Shown piece after piece: positions 36,901-48,223 of a DNA stretch of 64,000 nt (positions are counted from its first letter, which is position 1; every line of letters begins with the position of its first letter). A program made the position numbers and the translations under genes. Source of the stretch: a virus; IMG/VR virus record IMGVR_UViG_3300045988_020586, one strand, 5' to 3'. The notes below the pieces were generated by a model. That model made no database searches. It had not been told where the DNA came from and worked only from the letters and a program-made list of their open reading frames with translations.

Positions 36901-37554
36901 CCTAAGTTCTACTACGAGGATATGGATGTATTCGTAAGTGATACATCTAAAGACCTTGAGAATATACAGAAACTTCAGCAGCTTATACAGCCAGCTATGC
37001 AGAATGGCGCAAGCTTACTTGAAGCAGCAGAGGTTCTTACAAACGACAACTTCAATATCATTAAGCAGAAGCTTAAGGATATGTAGACTAGACAGTAGCA
37101 GATGTAGCAACAGCAGCAGGAGGCAGAAGCTCAGCAGCAACAGCAGTTACAGCAGATGCAGAACGAAGCTAAACAGCAGGAGCTTATGTTGCAGGAAGCT
37201 CAGATGGATCTTCAGAGATACCAGATTGACCAAGATAATCAGACTAAGATAGCTGTAGCACAGATTAACGCTTATCGTGGAACAGAGGAATTAGATCAGG
37301 ATCAAAACGGAATCCCAGACCCAATCGAAATCGGAAAGCAAGCTATTGAGCAGCAGAAGATTAATCAGGAGGCTTACAACAAGCGTTACGAAGCAAAACA
37401 GAAGCGCGAGATAGAAGACTAGAAGATTTAGCTTGAGAAGGATAAGATGAAGCATGAGACAGAGCTATAGAAGGCAAAGGACGATGCTGCTTACGAACGC
37501 GAGAAACTTAAGGCAAAGACAGCTATCAAAAATAGGGTTCCGGGAGAGAAGTAA
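33994..37554 (+). CDS. portal protein (extein) interrupted by an in-frame intein
   Basis: One frame across track ORFs 34495-35010, 35632-36003, 36010-36399, 36706-37086 and the 37156-37422 region. Located after terL. Poly-Gln/coiled C-terminus. TAA at 37552-37554. Confidence 0.8.
35440..36528 (+). mobile_element. intein with LAGLIDADG homing-endonuclease domain inside the portal protein
   Basis: Starts with Cys (W|CFDPETLVATPSG), block B TANH, LAGLIDADG motifs LLGLWLGGGT and FLAGLIDTDGSV, and ends ...TIVHN|C. 363 codons in frame, including in-frame TAGs. Confidence 0.8.
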
Positions 37555-37556
37555 TC

Positions 37557-38579
37557 ATGAAGTTCGACAACAAGACATTTCAATAGAAGTATGAAGCGTG
37601 GAAGAATGGCGCTGATTACTGGAAGGACATTAGAGGAATCAACTTTGGTGGAGACACCCAGGCTGAGGAACCTAGTCCAGAAGAGCAGTAGTAGCTTGAT
37701 TAGAGTGTATAGTCTATACTTAATGCTTACAATGAAGGTAAAGATGTTAATATAGCTGAAGATATTATTAAGCCATTACCTTTTGATACCCCATTAAATG
37801 AAGAGCATCCAATACTGCATAAATATAAAGGAGGCAAGAATGATTCTATTAATACTTTTGTTCACCGAATGGGCCCTCTTGTAGGACAATAGTTAAATAG
37901 ATACGGTTATGGTGATACTGCATTTTACAATGTAATGCGTTAGCTTGCATACGAATCAAATTACGGTAGATCAAGAGTTGCTAGACAACAGCATAATTAT
38001 GGCGGAGTAGGATGGAATGGCAAGACTTATACAACATATAAGAGTGATGCAGATTTTGTTAAGGACTATGTAAGGCTTATGCACACTAGGTACGGAGCAG
38101 CACTTAGAGCCAAATCTACACAGGATTATGCAAGAGCGCTTAAACAGAAGGGATATTATACAGATTCTCTCGAGAATTATTCTAGAAACCTTAGGAGTAT
38201 GGATAGCTTAGTAAAGGCGGCCCACTATCACAGGAATGCACATAAAGACGCTTACAACTATAATGTTAAGTTTGATGATCTTGTGTAGGATTATGAAGAT
38301 GCAAAGAATGCTAGCCCTATAATTATTAATTCTCCTTCTACGAAACAGCCTAAAACTATTAGAACTGATGTTCCAACAACGTTGATTGGTCCTACTTAGG
38401 AAGAGATTAAAGCTTAGCAATAGCGCGATCTTGATCTGTATAAACAATAGATGTATAATAATATAACTTAGCCTTCACTTCCGAACATACTTAATCTACT
38501 TCCTTAGAATAACTTTGGTAAAGATTCTTATGGCTAGAAGTTCTGGTGGAGAAAAGGCAACAATCTTAAACTGATGTAA
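37557..38579 (+). CDS. protein with glucosaminidase/FlgJ-like peptidoglycan hydrolase domain
   Basis: …LAYESNYGRSRVARQQHNYGGVGWNGKTYTTYKSDADFVKDYVRLM…YYTDSLENY… resembles the mannosyl-glycoprotein endo-beta-N-acetylglucosaminidase family (by eye). Many in-frame TAG; TAA 38577-38579. Confidence 0.65.
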
Positions 38580-38581
38580 TT

Positions 38582-38761
38582 ATGACACAGATGGAAAGTC
38601 CTAAGCGAAAGATGTAGAAGAAGAACGACTATCAGCGTCATAAGCTCTTTCGTAAGATTAAACGTAGAAGAAAAGTATAGGCTGAAGCAGAGTAGTAGGT
38701 AGCTATGAAGCAGCTTAGAAAGAAATTAAGGAAACCATAGAGAGGAGGTGCTTATGCCTAA
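38582..38761 (+). CDS. small highly basic protein (59 aa, 6 in-frame TAG)
   Basis: ATG 38582 to TAA 38759-38761. Short and low complexity, so support is weak. Confidence 0.35.
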
Positions 38762-40250
38762 GCGTTTAAATAAGCCTGTACTTGTTAGAACAAGAGATGA
38801 GAATGGTAATTATGTTACTTTAAATATGACTACTGGTTCTCGCAAAATAAATTAGTAGACAAAACAATCTACCAGTATAAATAAGCCTAGACGCAAACAA
38901 AATGTAAAGCGAACTTTAAAGCAAGGAGAACAAATATTTACAGATTGGAGGACAGGAAAGAAAACTGTATTTACTCCTAGGAGAGCTGAAGTCAAAAGTG
39001 ATAATCGTAGTGAATATCAAAAGCAAGAAGATTAGAAGACTGCTGATATTTTGCATTAGAAATATTCTCAACAAAAAACAACTAAAGAGGGATTAAAAAA
39101 CCTTGAAGCTATTGGTAAAGTAATTAGCCCTTCTACATATTTTGGACCATTGGCAAACAAATTTGTCGCTTCGGTTTAGGGTGATAAGCAAGATCATAGA
39201 TCTATTGGCGAGTAGATTTTGTCTGGAGAAGGAACTGGTGATACTGCTGGTAATTTGTTGCTAGATTTTGCTAGTCCATATGTATTCTCAAAATTACCAA
39301 ATGCTACTAAATAGTTATATAAAGCCGCTAGATATGCTAACAATAAAGTTTTAGATAATCTTGGTTCTGCAGCTATATATGCGAATGGATTAGGATTTGA
39401 TGGAACTGTTGGTAAATCATTCTTTAGAGATCCAAACAAAGCTTATAGAATTACAGAGTTTCCGGAAGTTGAAGGTATACGTGAAGCCGGTAAAAATGTA
39501 ACAACAATAGATGCAAGACCAGGTATTGACAGAGCCAATGATTGGAGATTGGCCGCATTTGATAATTATGCATATTCTAAAGATGGTAGTTGGTATAAAC
39601 TCCCATAGAGTGTTAGTTCGTATGAAGAAGAAAACCCTTTTATGTTTACTGATATTGTAGGAGATGACATAATGTCTAAACGAATGGGGATTAAAACTGG
39701 ATCTGCTCATGGTAATAGAACATAGGCGTCTCTTGGTAAGATATGGAATGGCAGCACATCAACTTCGGATGGATTATTTCCTGGTGGCATATTAGAAATA
39801 CAGGGAGGCAACAAAGTCTCATATGGTGTTGGTAATAATAGAAAATTTTTTAAATTATCTGATTGGGAAGATGTTCCAATAGGGAACAGAGTTGGGTACA
39901 AAACGGGCGAAATGCCACTAGATAATCTTACTTGGTATTAGAGACTACCTAATGGTAGGTACACTATGGGCGAACCTGTTCTTCCAAATAAAACAATAAA
40001 ATATACGACTAATCTTTCTCCAGGATATGACAATAAAATGTTTTGGGTAACAGATCATTATAATTACAATTCTGGTAAAGATATTCATATAAAGAAATCT
40101 AAACGTGGAACATTTACCAAAGCAGCTAAATAGCATGGCATGAGCGTACAAGGTTTTGCTAATAAGGTTTTAAGGAATCCAAGTAATTATAGTGCAGCTA
40201 TGAGAAAGAAAGCCAACTTTGCGCGCAATGCATCAAAGTGGAATAAATAA
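38754..40250 (+). CDS. hypothetical virion protein, 498 aa (many in-frame TAG)
   Basis: Single frame ATG 38754 to TAA 40248-40250 with no TAA or TGA inside. Confidence 0.65.
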
Positions 40251-40256
40251 TAACAT

Positions 40257-40279
40257 TACACGGGTTCGAATCCCGTGTA
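40257..40279 (+). terminator. T-arm-mimicking hairpin (TACACGGG-TTCGAAT-CCCGTGTA)
   Basis: 8-bp stem with a canonical T-loop heptamer, 7 nt after the stop codon. No other tRNA arms are present. Confidence 0.4.
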
Positions 40280-40322
40280 GCGTACAACAATTAAAAATAT
40301 TAACTTAGTTATAATTTAAATT

Positions 40323-41519
40323 ATGGCAAGAAAGAAGAAAAATCCATTAGGTGATTTTGAAGACGCTTTGAGCTCTCTCGGGTTCGGTGGCCAGGAAGGT
40401 GGCGATAGCGTTACAGACATCGATAACCAGGATGTGGCTAATCAGGTGTTAGACGACCCTAATGATGATGTTGAAAATTTAGACAATCCAGATGACGATA
40501 AGTCTTCTGAGGATAATAAAGATAATAAGAATGTAACTGGCGATCCTAATGCTCATGATGACGAGACACAGATCCCAGATAATATTTTAAATAATAATAC
40601 GTCCGACACAACTATAGTTGACAACGAATAGGATAATGACAATGATGATAATGATCAGTAGACTGACACTGATGTCGTAGATCCTGGAGAGGCAGAACAG
40701 ATTGGTGCCTTCTTTGACGCATTCGCCGAAGCTAATGGTTGGAGTGTTGATGAAGACGAGAAACCTAAGACAATTGAGGGTATCGTAGAATACATCAAAG
40801 ATGTCGTAGATGAGAATTCAACCCCACAGTACGCCGATGATCGTATTGCTAAACTTGATCAGTACGTAAAGAATGGTGGTAGATTTGAAGACTTCTATCA
40901 GACACAACAGAAATCTATGTCTTATGATAGTATAGATTTGGAGGACGAATCTAATCAGAAAGCAGCTGTTCGTGAGTTCTATAGATTACAAGGAATGAAC
41001 GACGAACAGATTAGTCGCAAGATTGAGCGCTATGAAGATGCTGATATGCTGGAAGACGAAGCAGCTGATGCTGTTAATTATCTTAAGGCGTACGAGCAGC
41101 AACAGCAAGAATATATGGCTCAGCAATAGGAAGCTCAAAGACAAAAACAGGAGCAGCAAGCTGCATAGTTCATGAATGATCTTACATCTAGTATTAATGG
41201 TCTTACTAATATTAGAGGTATTAATATCCCAAAGGAGGATAGAAAAGCGTTGTTCGATTATATTACGAGAACTGATGCAGATGGCTTAACAGAGTATCAG
41301 AAGGCTTTTAACGATAACCTTGTTAACAATTTGATAGAATCAGCCTACTTCACAATGAAGGGTGATGCTCTACTGGGCGAAGCACAGCGCAATGGTCAGA
41401 CATCTGCTGCGAGTAAACTTAGACAAATGCTCAAACATCAAACAAAAAATCATACATCATACAATGTTGGGCATGAAAAACAACCTCAGGCATGGGATAT
41501 CGCGTCAAAATACCTATGA
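40323..41519 (+). CDS. acidic scaffold-like protein upstream of the capsid gene
   Basis: Track ORFs 40323-40631, 40917-41129 and 41172-41519 share one frame linked by TAG. Asp/Asn/Gln-rich; TGA stop. Function is guessed from position and composition. Confidence 0.6.
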
Positions 41520-41537
41520 TGAGACAATTAACATATT

Positions 41538-41921
41538 ATGAATAATTCAAGTTCTTTATTAAATAATCTTCAGCTCTACCGTGGTAAGCGTTTTGCTGAC
41601 TTGGTAGACGAAAACATGATTGCTAATGCAATGCTTACAAAGCCTCATGAAGTAGCAGGCTTGTTGTCATTGGTTTTTGGTACAAAGGATGATGGTATTT
41701 CAACTACCATCGACTTGTTAACTGGTGGTCTTGGTTCAACCATGACTATCGAAAACAGAGAGTATGAGTGGTCTGTAATGATTGATGCTGACCACGCTGT
41801 TAATATCCGCTATGCTAAGTGGAATGGCAAGGAGATCACTCCTAAGTCAATTACAGACGGTTTGACCCCAGGTATTAATAATACTCCTATTTATCTTGGT
41901 CTTGAGGAGAAATGGTTCGGT
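41538..41921 (+). CDS. major capsid protein, exon 1
   Basis: 128 codons ending …LGLEEKWFG. The track ORF continues only 6 codons into the intron. Confidence 0.75.
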
Positions 41922-42802
41922 GGGTTCTATAGCGCATAACCTGTGCCGCCTTTTATAGTAATATAAATTGAAAAATCCAGAGAATTGCTGGAAACTCCTA
42001 AAGAATTTTATACCCTAGAGTTATAAATAAAATTATAGATATATGAATAATATAAAAAATGGACAATCAGCAGCCGAGCAAGGCTACTAGATGAAAGACA
42101 TACCGGGATGGGAAGGTCTTTACGCATGTACAACACATGGTGATATTTGGTCATATAGAAGTGATAAGTTTTTATCGCCAAGTAAAAATAAAAGAGGTTA
42201 TCTACACGTTACTTTTACAAAAGATGGCAAAAGATACGATTATAGAGTCAATAGACTTGTAGCTATGACATTTCTAGATAACCCAAACAATTTGCCACAA
42301 GTAAACCATATAGATGGAAACAAATTGAATAATTATCTATCTAATCTAGAATGGTGCACACCAGAATATAATATACAACACGGAAAGGAACACGGATTGT
42401 TTAAAGGACATTGCTTTAATCCTCCAATACATACAAAAGATGGTCCACAAGTTGCATATGTATTTACTAATGTTTATAATGGGGCGCAGTTCACCATATA
42501 TGGTTTTAAAGCTTTGAGGAAGCAATTTAGAATAAGTGGTTATACTTATGGGTTGATTCAAAAACATGCGAACACAGGAGACTATATTAAAGCTGGATTG
42601 CTTAAAGGTCTTCGTGTTGACAAAGTAGACTTGAAGGTTCATCGACTAACCGCTAACCACGGTGTAGGGTCAAGTGACCCGAAGTACTGGAAACCCTTTC
42701 TTTAGGGTTGTGATATAGTCAATTCTTCATCGAAAGATGAAGCTGCTAGCGAGAATGCCATAGCTAGCGATTCGGAATTAACGACTCCGAGTGAATAAAA
42801 AG
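41922..42802 (+). mobile_element. group I intron in the major capsid protein gene (junctions +/- ~15 nt)
   Basis: Frame shifts from 0 to 2 across it. Exon 1 ends in T and the intron ends in G. Core strings CGACTAA 42643-42649 and GATATAGTC 42712-42720; GNRA hairpin CTTCATC-GAAA-GATGAAG 42725-42742. Contains an HNH ORF. Confidence 0.7.
42091..42705 (+). CDS. intron-encoded HNH/NUMOD4-type homing endonuclease
   Basis: 204 aa. IPGWEGLYACTTHGDIWS (NUMOD4-like) and VNHIDGNKLNNYLSNLEWCTPEYN (HNH_3-like). The stop codon is TAG. Confidence 0.85.
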   Translation: MKDIPGWEGLYACTTHGDIWSYRSDKFLSPSKNKRGYLHVTFTKDGKRYDYRVNRLVAMTFLDNPNNLPQVNHIDGNKLNNYLSNLEWCTPEYNIQHGKEHGLFKGHCFNPPIHTKDGPQVAYVFTNVYNGAQFTIYGFKALRKQFRISGYTYGLIQKHANTGDYIKAGLLKGLRVDKVDLKVHRLTANHGVGSSDPKYWKPFL

Positions 42803-43951
42803 CCAGGCGCTATTTTGGCATTTGACAACGTAAACTTCCAGGTACGTGTAAACGGTACTCCATATCAGGATGGTAGCACATGGGTATATGAGTGCTACGT
42901 AGCAGAAGGCTTCCAGGGTTCTTATATTCCTTGTGAGTATTTGCTCCCAGGTCGTCAGGTAGATCGTATCGGTTCTGCATACGAGGAGTACAGTGATGAG
43001 GCAGATATCATCAACTATCAGACTCCATTTAAGATGCGTAATAGCTTGATGACTATGCGTCTTACTTACGATATCACCGGTGATGCTTACTCTACAGTAT
43101 TGGCTATCGCTTTGACTGATCCTGAGACAGGCAAGAAGTCTTATTTGTGGTCTGACTATCAGTATTGGAAGGCTCTTCGTGAGTGGAAGAAGAGAGAGGA
43201 GAAGCAGTTGCTGTTCGCTCACTCTAACCGTAATGCAGATGGTACTTATAATCTGAAGGGTACTAATGGTCGTTTCGTTCCAATCTCTGCAGGTTTGTTC
43301 GAGCAGATTGCTCCAGCTAACGTACGTTACTATACAAAGCTGACTACAGAGTTGTTTGAGGATTACCTGTTCGACCTCTGCTATAATATCATCGGTACTA
43401 ACGAGCGTAAGTTTGTTGCCTTGACTGGTGAGATGGGTATCCGTGAGTTCGACCGTATCTTGAAGGAGAAGGCAGCTAGCTTCAATATGATTGACACACA
43501 CTTCATTACAGGTTCTGGTCAGGATCTGAAGTTGGGTGGTCAGTTCACAACTTACACTATGACTAATGGTATTGAGTTGACAGTTAAGCGTTGCGCTATG
43601 TTTGATAACATGGAGATGTTCCGTCAGCTTCACCCATTGACAGGTAAGCCATTGATGTCTTACACATTCTTGTTCGTTGATCTTGGTCGTCGTGATGGTC
43701 AGGCTAACATCGTTAAGGTATGTCGTAAGGGTCGTGAGTTCGTACAGTGGTGTACTGGTGGTTCTGTATTGCCAAATGGTTATGCAAACAACATCAATAC
43801 TATGCGTTCTAACAGCCGTGATGGTTACCAGGTACACTTCCTTGGTGAAGAGGGTATCATGTTGAGAAACCCATTGTCATGTGGTATCTTGTACTGTGAT
43901 GCTGAAGACCAGGAGTCTATTGCAGTTGAGAATAGAGCAGCAGAGCTCTAA
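42803..43951 (+). CDS. major capsid protein, exon 2
   Basis: 382 codons with no in-frame TAG. Strong codon bias gives a 357-aa antisense shadow ORF. Position after the scaffold-like gene. Sequence resembles crAss-like MCPs from memory. Confidence 0.75.
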   Translation, partial: PGAILAFDNVNFQVRVNGTPYQDGSTWVYECYVAEGFQGSYIPCEYLLPGRQVDRIGSAYEEYSDEADIINYQTPFKMRNSLMTMRLTYDITGDAYSTVLAIALTDPETGKKSYLWSDYQYWKALREWKKREEKQLLFAHSNRNADGTYNLKGTNGRFVPISAGLFEQIAPANVRYYTKLTTELFEDYLFDLCYNIIGTNERKFVALTGEMGIREFDRILKEKAASFNMIDTHFITGSGQDLKLGGQFTTYTMTNGIELTVKRCAMFDNMEMFRQLHPLTGKPLMSYTFLFVDLGRRDGQANIVKVCRKGREFVQWCTGGSVLPNGYANNINTMRSNSRDGYQVHFLGEEGIMLRNPLSCGILYCDAEDQESIAVENRAAEL

Positions 43952-43978
43952 TTAATTAAATAATATACAATGTTCAAC

Positions 43979-43998
43979 CCCACCCAAAATCGGGTGGG
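43979..43998 (+). terminator. hairpin after the capsid gene
   Basis: CCCACCC-AAAATC-GGGTGGG. Confidence 0.4.
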
Positions 43999-44030
43999 AG
44001 CTTGGCATTGCAACAACTAATTGAAAAATT

Positions 44031-44783
44031 ATGGTAGTTGAATTAAAGATCAGAAAGAAAAATCCCTGGGCTGGATTGTTAAAGTACAAACATTGTTTTG
44101 ATTATATTGCACCTTACTTTACCAGATCTGGGTCGATATACACAGGTTTAACACCTGAGGACGAAAAGAAATTTGAAAAGGAGCTTGGCTATCCAGAAGG
44201 CCATCTCGCTAAGAATTCACCATTCTGGAATACATTCTGTGTTAAGGTTGGCTCTAAGAGCACAATTCTCGACGATTCGTTCCCACGATAGGCTATGATT
44301 ATTAAGTTCCTTGAGGGACATAAGAGAGTAGCTACATCGCTTGATAAGCTTAATGCTGGTAAGGATTATCTGCTTATTAATAGGCAGGCTGAAGCTATTG
44401 AGAAGAATAAGATTAATAAGCTTCGTAGAGACGCTATTATTGCCTTTGGCAAGCTTTCTCTTGAAGAGATGCGTAAGTGTCTCAGACTGTTCGGTGTTAG
44501 CGCTGATACAATGTCTAATGAGCTTGTAGAGTCTACATTGTTCTCATTGGTTGACAAGTAGCCATAGAACTTCTTTACTAAGTGGGTTAATAACAAGACA
44601 AAGGAAACAGAGTTCTTGATCGAGAGTGCTATTGCCAAGGGTATTATCCGCAAGGATAGAACACAGTACTATTATGGTTCTGAGATGCTTGCAGACTCAT
44701 TGTAGGATTGTATTGCATACTTGGACGCAAAGAAGAATCAAGACTTAAAGATCTCGATCATTAATCAGGTTGAGAATAAATAA
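44031..44783 (+). CDS. hypothetical capsid-module protein (4 in-frame TAG)
   Basis: Track ORFs 44031-44291 and 44295-44561 share a frame; TAA 44781-44783. Confidence 0.65.
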
Positions 44784-44797
44784 TAAACTAACGACGT

Positions 44798-45514
44798 ATG
44801 ACGCACAGTGATATTTATATTAAGTTTATGATTGAATATGACAAGGCAAATATAACTTCGTCATATCCGTCGCTAACTGAATATGAAATTGCAACAATAT
44901 TAGATAAAGCGTACTTAGCTTTAATAGCTCAAAAATTAACAGGGAACAATCCAAGAAGATCTGCTTTTGAATCTGATGTTAAAGCAATTGAAGATTTAAG
45001 ACCGCTAATAAAACAAGCTTCATTACATGGAGAACATAGCAATATTGTTACAAATGAATACATTTATTCATTAAATATACAAGACTATCTATATTACATT
45101 TCTAGCACAATATCATTAAATGCTAATAATAGTTCTATAGATAATCAGAAGCATATAATTCAGTCTATTAGTCTTATCTCTCATGAAAATGCAAATAAAT
45201 TTAAGTCCACATCAACAAATTTACCTTGGGTTAAGAACCCAGTATGTTACATAGATAATAAGCGTATACATGTTTTAATTGATCCGTATGACGTTAAAAA
45301 CAACAGCGGTGATATGGTGTTAGATGTAACATATATAAAGACTCCTAACAAGTTTGTAAAAGGCACAAGTTTAGTTGATTTTGGAGATACAGAATTAGAG
45401 ATAAATGATGCTATGGCTGAAGAGCTTGTTAATTTAGCAATTATAATGTCTACTGAGATTGTAGAATCCAGTAGATTATCTACTAAAGTAAATACTAGAC
45501 CACTAGAATCATGA
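44798..45514 (+). CDS. hypothetical capsid-module protein
   Basis: 238-aa intact ORF, no TAG. Confidence 0.75.
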   Translation: MTHSDIYIKFMIEYDKANITSSYPSLTEYEIATILDKAYLALIAQKLTGNNPRRSAFESDVKAIEDLRPLIKQASLHGEHSNIVTNEYIYSLNIQDYLYYISSTISLNANNSSIDNQKHIIQSISLISHENANKFKSTSTNLPWVKNPVCYIDNKRIHVLIDPYDVKNNSGDMVLDVTYIKTPNKFVKGTSLVDFGDTELEINDAMAEELVNLAIIMSTEIVESSRLSTKVNTRPLES

Positions 45515-46269
45515 CGCAAGAACAAACTAGAAAGCTTGGTATTGAGTTTGAAAGAAGGATAACAGAAATGTATCCACAGTTCGCAATAGAAGATAAACTT
45601 GATACCGATACAATATATTCTTTTTTAAGTGAATATCAATCCTAGTATGTAAAGACTTTATATGTAGCCGAAGGTTAGACACAAAGTGGTACTAGGCAAG
45701 ATAATAAAATTCACGACATATTGTCTAATCTTATTAGACATGAAGATATCAAACCTTCAAATGAAGTAGATAACTGCTAGTTAGAGTTTGACTTACCTGC
45801 AGACTATTCTATGTATATTACTTCATATAGTGTCGTAGATAGAACTTATAAAAGTAACAAAACCTTAGACACGCCTGTGTATCTTGATAATGTAAACGTT
45901 AAGCAAGATTTGGCTGTTAGGTTTTTAGATGTAGCCTATAACTAGAAAGGGGTTCTGTAGAAACCATTGGTAGTATTAGATCAGAATAATCAAAATACCA
46001 CAATCAGACTTATACATGATACTTATACGCATATATCTAGTATAAATCTTACATACTATTGTTACCCATACGCATTCAATGTGATGAAGTTTAATGATTA
46101 GGATAAATCAACTGGAGCTGTACATAGTTATTGTGAATTACCTTATAGCTGCTTTGAAGACATAGTTTCAGGAGCTGTAGATATGTATATAACTTAGTAT
46201 AAATTCAGATTATAGCTTGGAGGTAAACAGCAATAGTAGAAACCACAACAAGAATAGGAGGATAAGTAA
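45511..46269 (+). CDS. hypothetical capsid-module protein (many in-frame TAG)
   Basis: ATGA overlap start; single frame to TAA 46267-46269. Confidence 0.65.
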
Positions 46270-46964
46270 TGAGATATATAGATATATTAGTAAGCCTCGA
46301 AAGAGAAATTAATAAGTTTGACGACCCAGTACAGAAGCCTTCTACAGACGAATCATTATTCTGGCTTAATCAGGCTGTAGCCAAGTTTGTTAAAACTAGG
46401 TTTAATGGAGATATCGTTCACGGTACGTCATACGAACAGAATGAGAAGCGTAGAAACGATTTAATTAAGCTGTATCAAACAATTGTCTATCAAAGTGACA
46501 ATATGTAGGTAGACGAATCAGAACCGTCTTATACTTCATACTATGCGCAATATCCTAATGATTTTATGTTCGCTCTTAACGAAGATGTTGTTATATCTGA
46601 TTTGCAAAACCACAATAAGATTAACACTTGTATGTTTGAGTGTACTTAGGATAGTTTTATGTATAGAGTCAATAATAGTTTAACCGACTTCCATTATAGA
46701 TACCACAGAGCTAGACCATTAAGAGTTCGTGTTAATGATGGATGTAAACTATTAACTGACAAATAGTACAAAATATATAAATATTCTTTAGGTTATTTGC
46801 GCAAGCCTAAAGAGATAACCCTCGAAAAACCATATGATGAGTACAATGATTTCGAGGATATTATAATGCCTGAGATAATTAAAATAGCAGCACAAATGTA
46901 TCTTGAAAACAAGAAGGACGAAAGATACCGCACTATTACTCAGGAAGTTAGTACTCAAGAATAA
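46269..46964 (+). CDS. hypothetical capsid-module protein (3 in-frame TAG)
   Basis: TAATG overlap start; track ORF 46269-46508 extended in frame to TAA 46962-46964. Confidence 0.65.
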
Positions 46965-47036
46965 TTTTAACGCGGAAAGCCCAGCTGGTTAGGTCCAGTG
47001 TAACTAATTAGGGTGAGTAGAAAAAATTAATATATT

Positions 47037-48161
47037 ATGATTACATATGTAAATACCGTATTGGTATCAAATAAGGGTGGTGATACACTCGCTACAAAGG
47101 AAGAGCTTGCAGGCAAGCAGAAGAAGGGTGATCTTAAAGAGTTGGTTGGTAAGTTCGTATTTATGAATTGCGACGCAGCTGCTCAGGATGGCTCAAATAT
47201 CGAGGATATTTATGCAGTTGATGAGAACTGCGATAGATTTAAGATTGGTGTTGTAACTAGTGATAGTTTCCAGAAGGCTGACAAGATGGGTAATGTAACA
47301 TACATCCCTGTTGTTAAGTGGTCTAATATCATCAATGCAGCAGACATTAAGTCTATTACAAAGCTCGATTATAAGGAGGATACAGAGGATACAATTTCAA
47401 TTGATTTCTCTACAATTCCTGCAGAGACTTTGGATATTCTTTCAGCAGGTGGTTGTCCTGTAGTACTTCGCCTTACTTTCAAGGATATGCCTATGCGTTA
47501 TCGTAAGTGGACTGAGTCTTATAGCTATGTAACAATGCCTGGCGATGGTATTCAGAATATTATGCAGGGCCTTGTTAAGGATATCGTACGTGCTTCTAAG
47601 CGTCAGCGTGTATACGCAAAGATTGATGGCACTAAGCTCGTGCTTGAGGCAATGAAGTATGACGATGATGAGCAGGCTGTAACAGAGAACGTTTATGCAA
47701 AGGTTCGCTTTGATGCAAATGCTTATTGGATGAATCCACAGGCTCCAGGTTGGGCGGCTAATAACAAGTATGACCTTGGTGTTAAGTTTGTTAAGAAGGA
47801 GGGTGTAACTTACCCTGCATCTGCAAAGCTTGTACGTGATCGCGAGCGTTCAGCATTTGACTATCAGGGTGTACTCCATCGTAGCTGCTGGTATGACCCA
47901 CAGCCTAATATGGTTACAAATATTGATAACCATTACGGTGGTATTACTATCGAGTTCGAGAACCAGTATCGTACAGCTGACGATCTCTGGCGTAGAACAA
48001 AGCAGACAGTAGAAATCTATGCTTCTAACAATGGTACCGAGATTGGTGCTGCAGAGATCGGTGATGGTCTCTTGGCTAAGTTTGGCAAGATGGTTGCTAC
48101 TCGTCAGAACATCGCTAACCCAGTTAGCAATTCAACTGCGTACGACGGTACAAAGTATTAA
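47037..48161 (+). CDS. abundant virion structural protein (possibly auxiliary capsid or decoration protein)
   Basis: 374-aa intact ORF with no TAG. MCP-like codon bias, followed by a strong terminator. The specific role is a guess. Confidence 0.8.
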   Translation: MITYVNTVLVSNKGGDTLATKEELAGKQKKGDLKELVGKFVFMNCDAAAQDGSNIEDIYAVDENCDRFKIGVVTSDSFQKADKMGNVTYIPVVKWSNIINAADIKSITKLDYKEDTEDTISIDFSTIPAETLDILSAGGCPVVLRLTFKDMPMRYRKWTESYSYVTMPGDGIQNIMQGLVKDIVRASKRQRVYAKIDGTKLVLEAMKYDDDEQAVTENVYAKVRFDANAYWMNPQAPGWAANNKYDLGVKFVKKEGVTYPASAKLVRDRERSAFDYQGVLHRSCWYDPQPNMVTNIDNHYGGITIEFENQYRTADDLWRRTKQTVEIYASNNGTEIGAAEIGDGLLAKFGKMVATRQNIANPVSNSTAYDGTKY

Positions 48162-48168
48162 TTTAAAT

Positions 48169-48203
48169 ACCGGGGTGGGGTTCTTACCCTATCTCGGTTT
48201 TTT
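48169..48203 (+). terminator. intrinsic terminator
   Basis: 12-bp stem with G-U pairs (ACCGGGGTGGGG/CCCTATCTCGGT) followed by TTTTTTG. Confidence 0.6.
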
Positions 48204-48223
48204 GTTTTTAAACATATTATAAT

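Noticed and set aside
40257-40279. Possible tRNA ending at the GGGTTCGAATCCC hairpin.
   Set aside because: The 50 nt upstream are the end of CDS 38754-40250 and provide no acceptor, D or anticodon arms. It is treated as a T-arm mimic or terminator.
42764-43837. 357-aa minus-strand ORF antisense to the capsid gene; similarly 7156-7650 (+) antisense to 7204-7698.
   Set aside because: The translation is Thr/Leu/Ser/Cys-rich nonsense, and it mirrors the stop-poor antisense frame of a highly biased gene.
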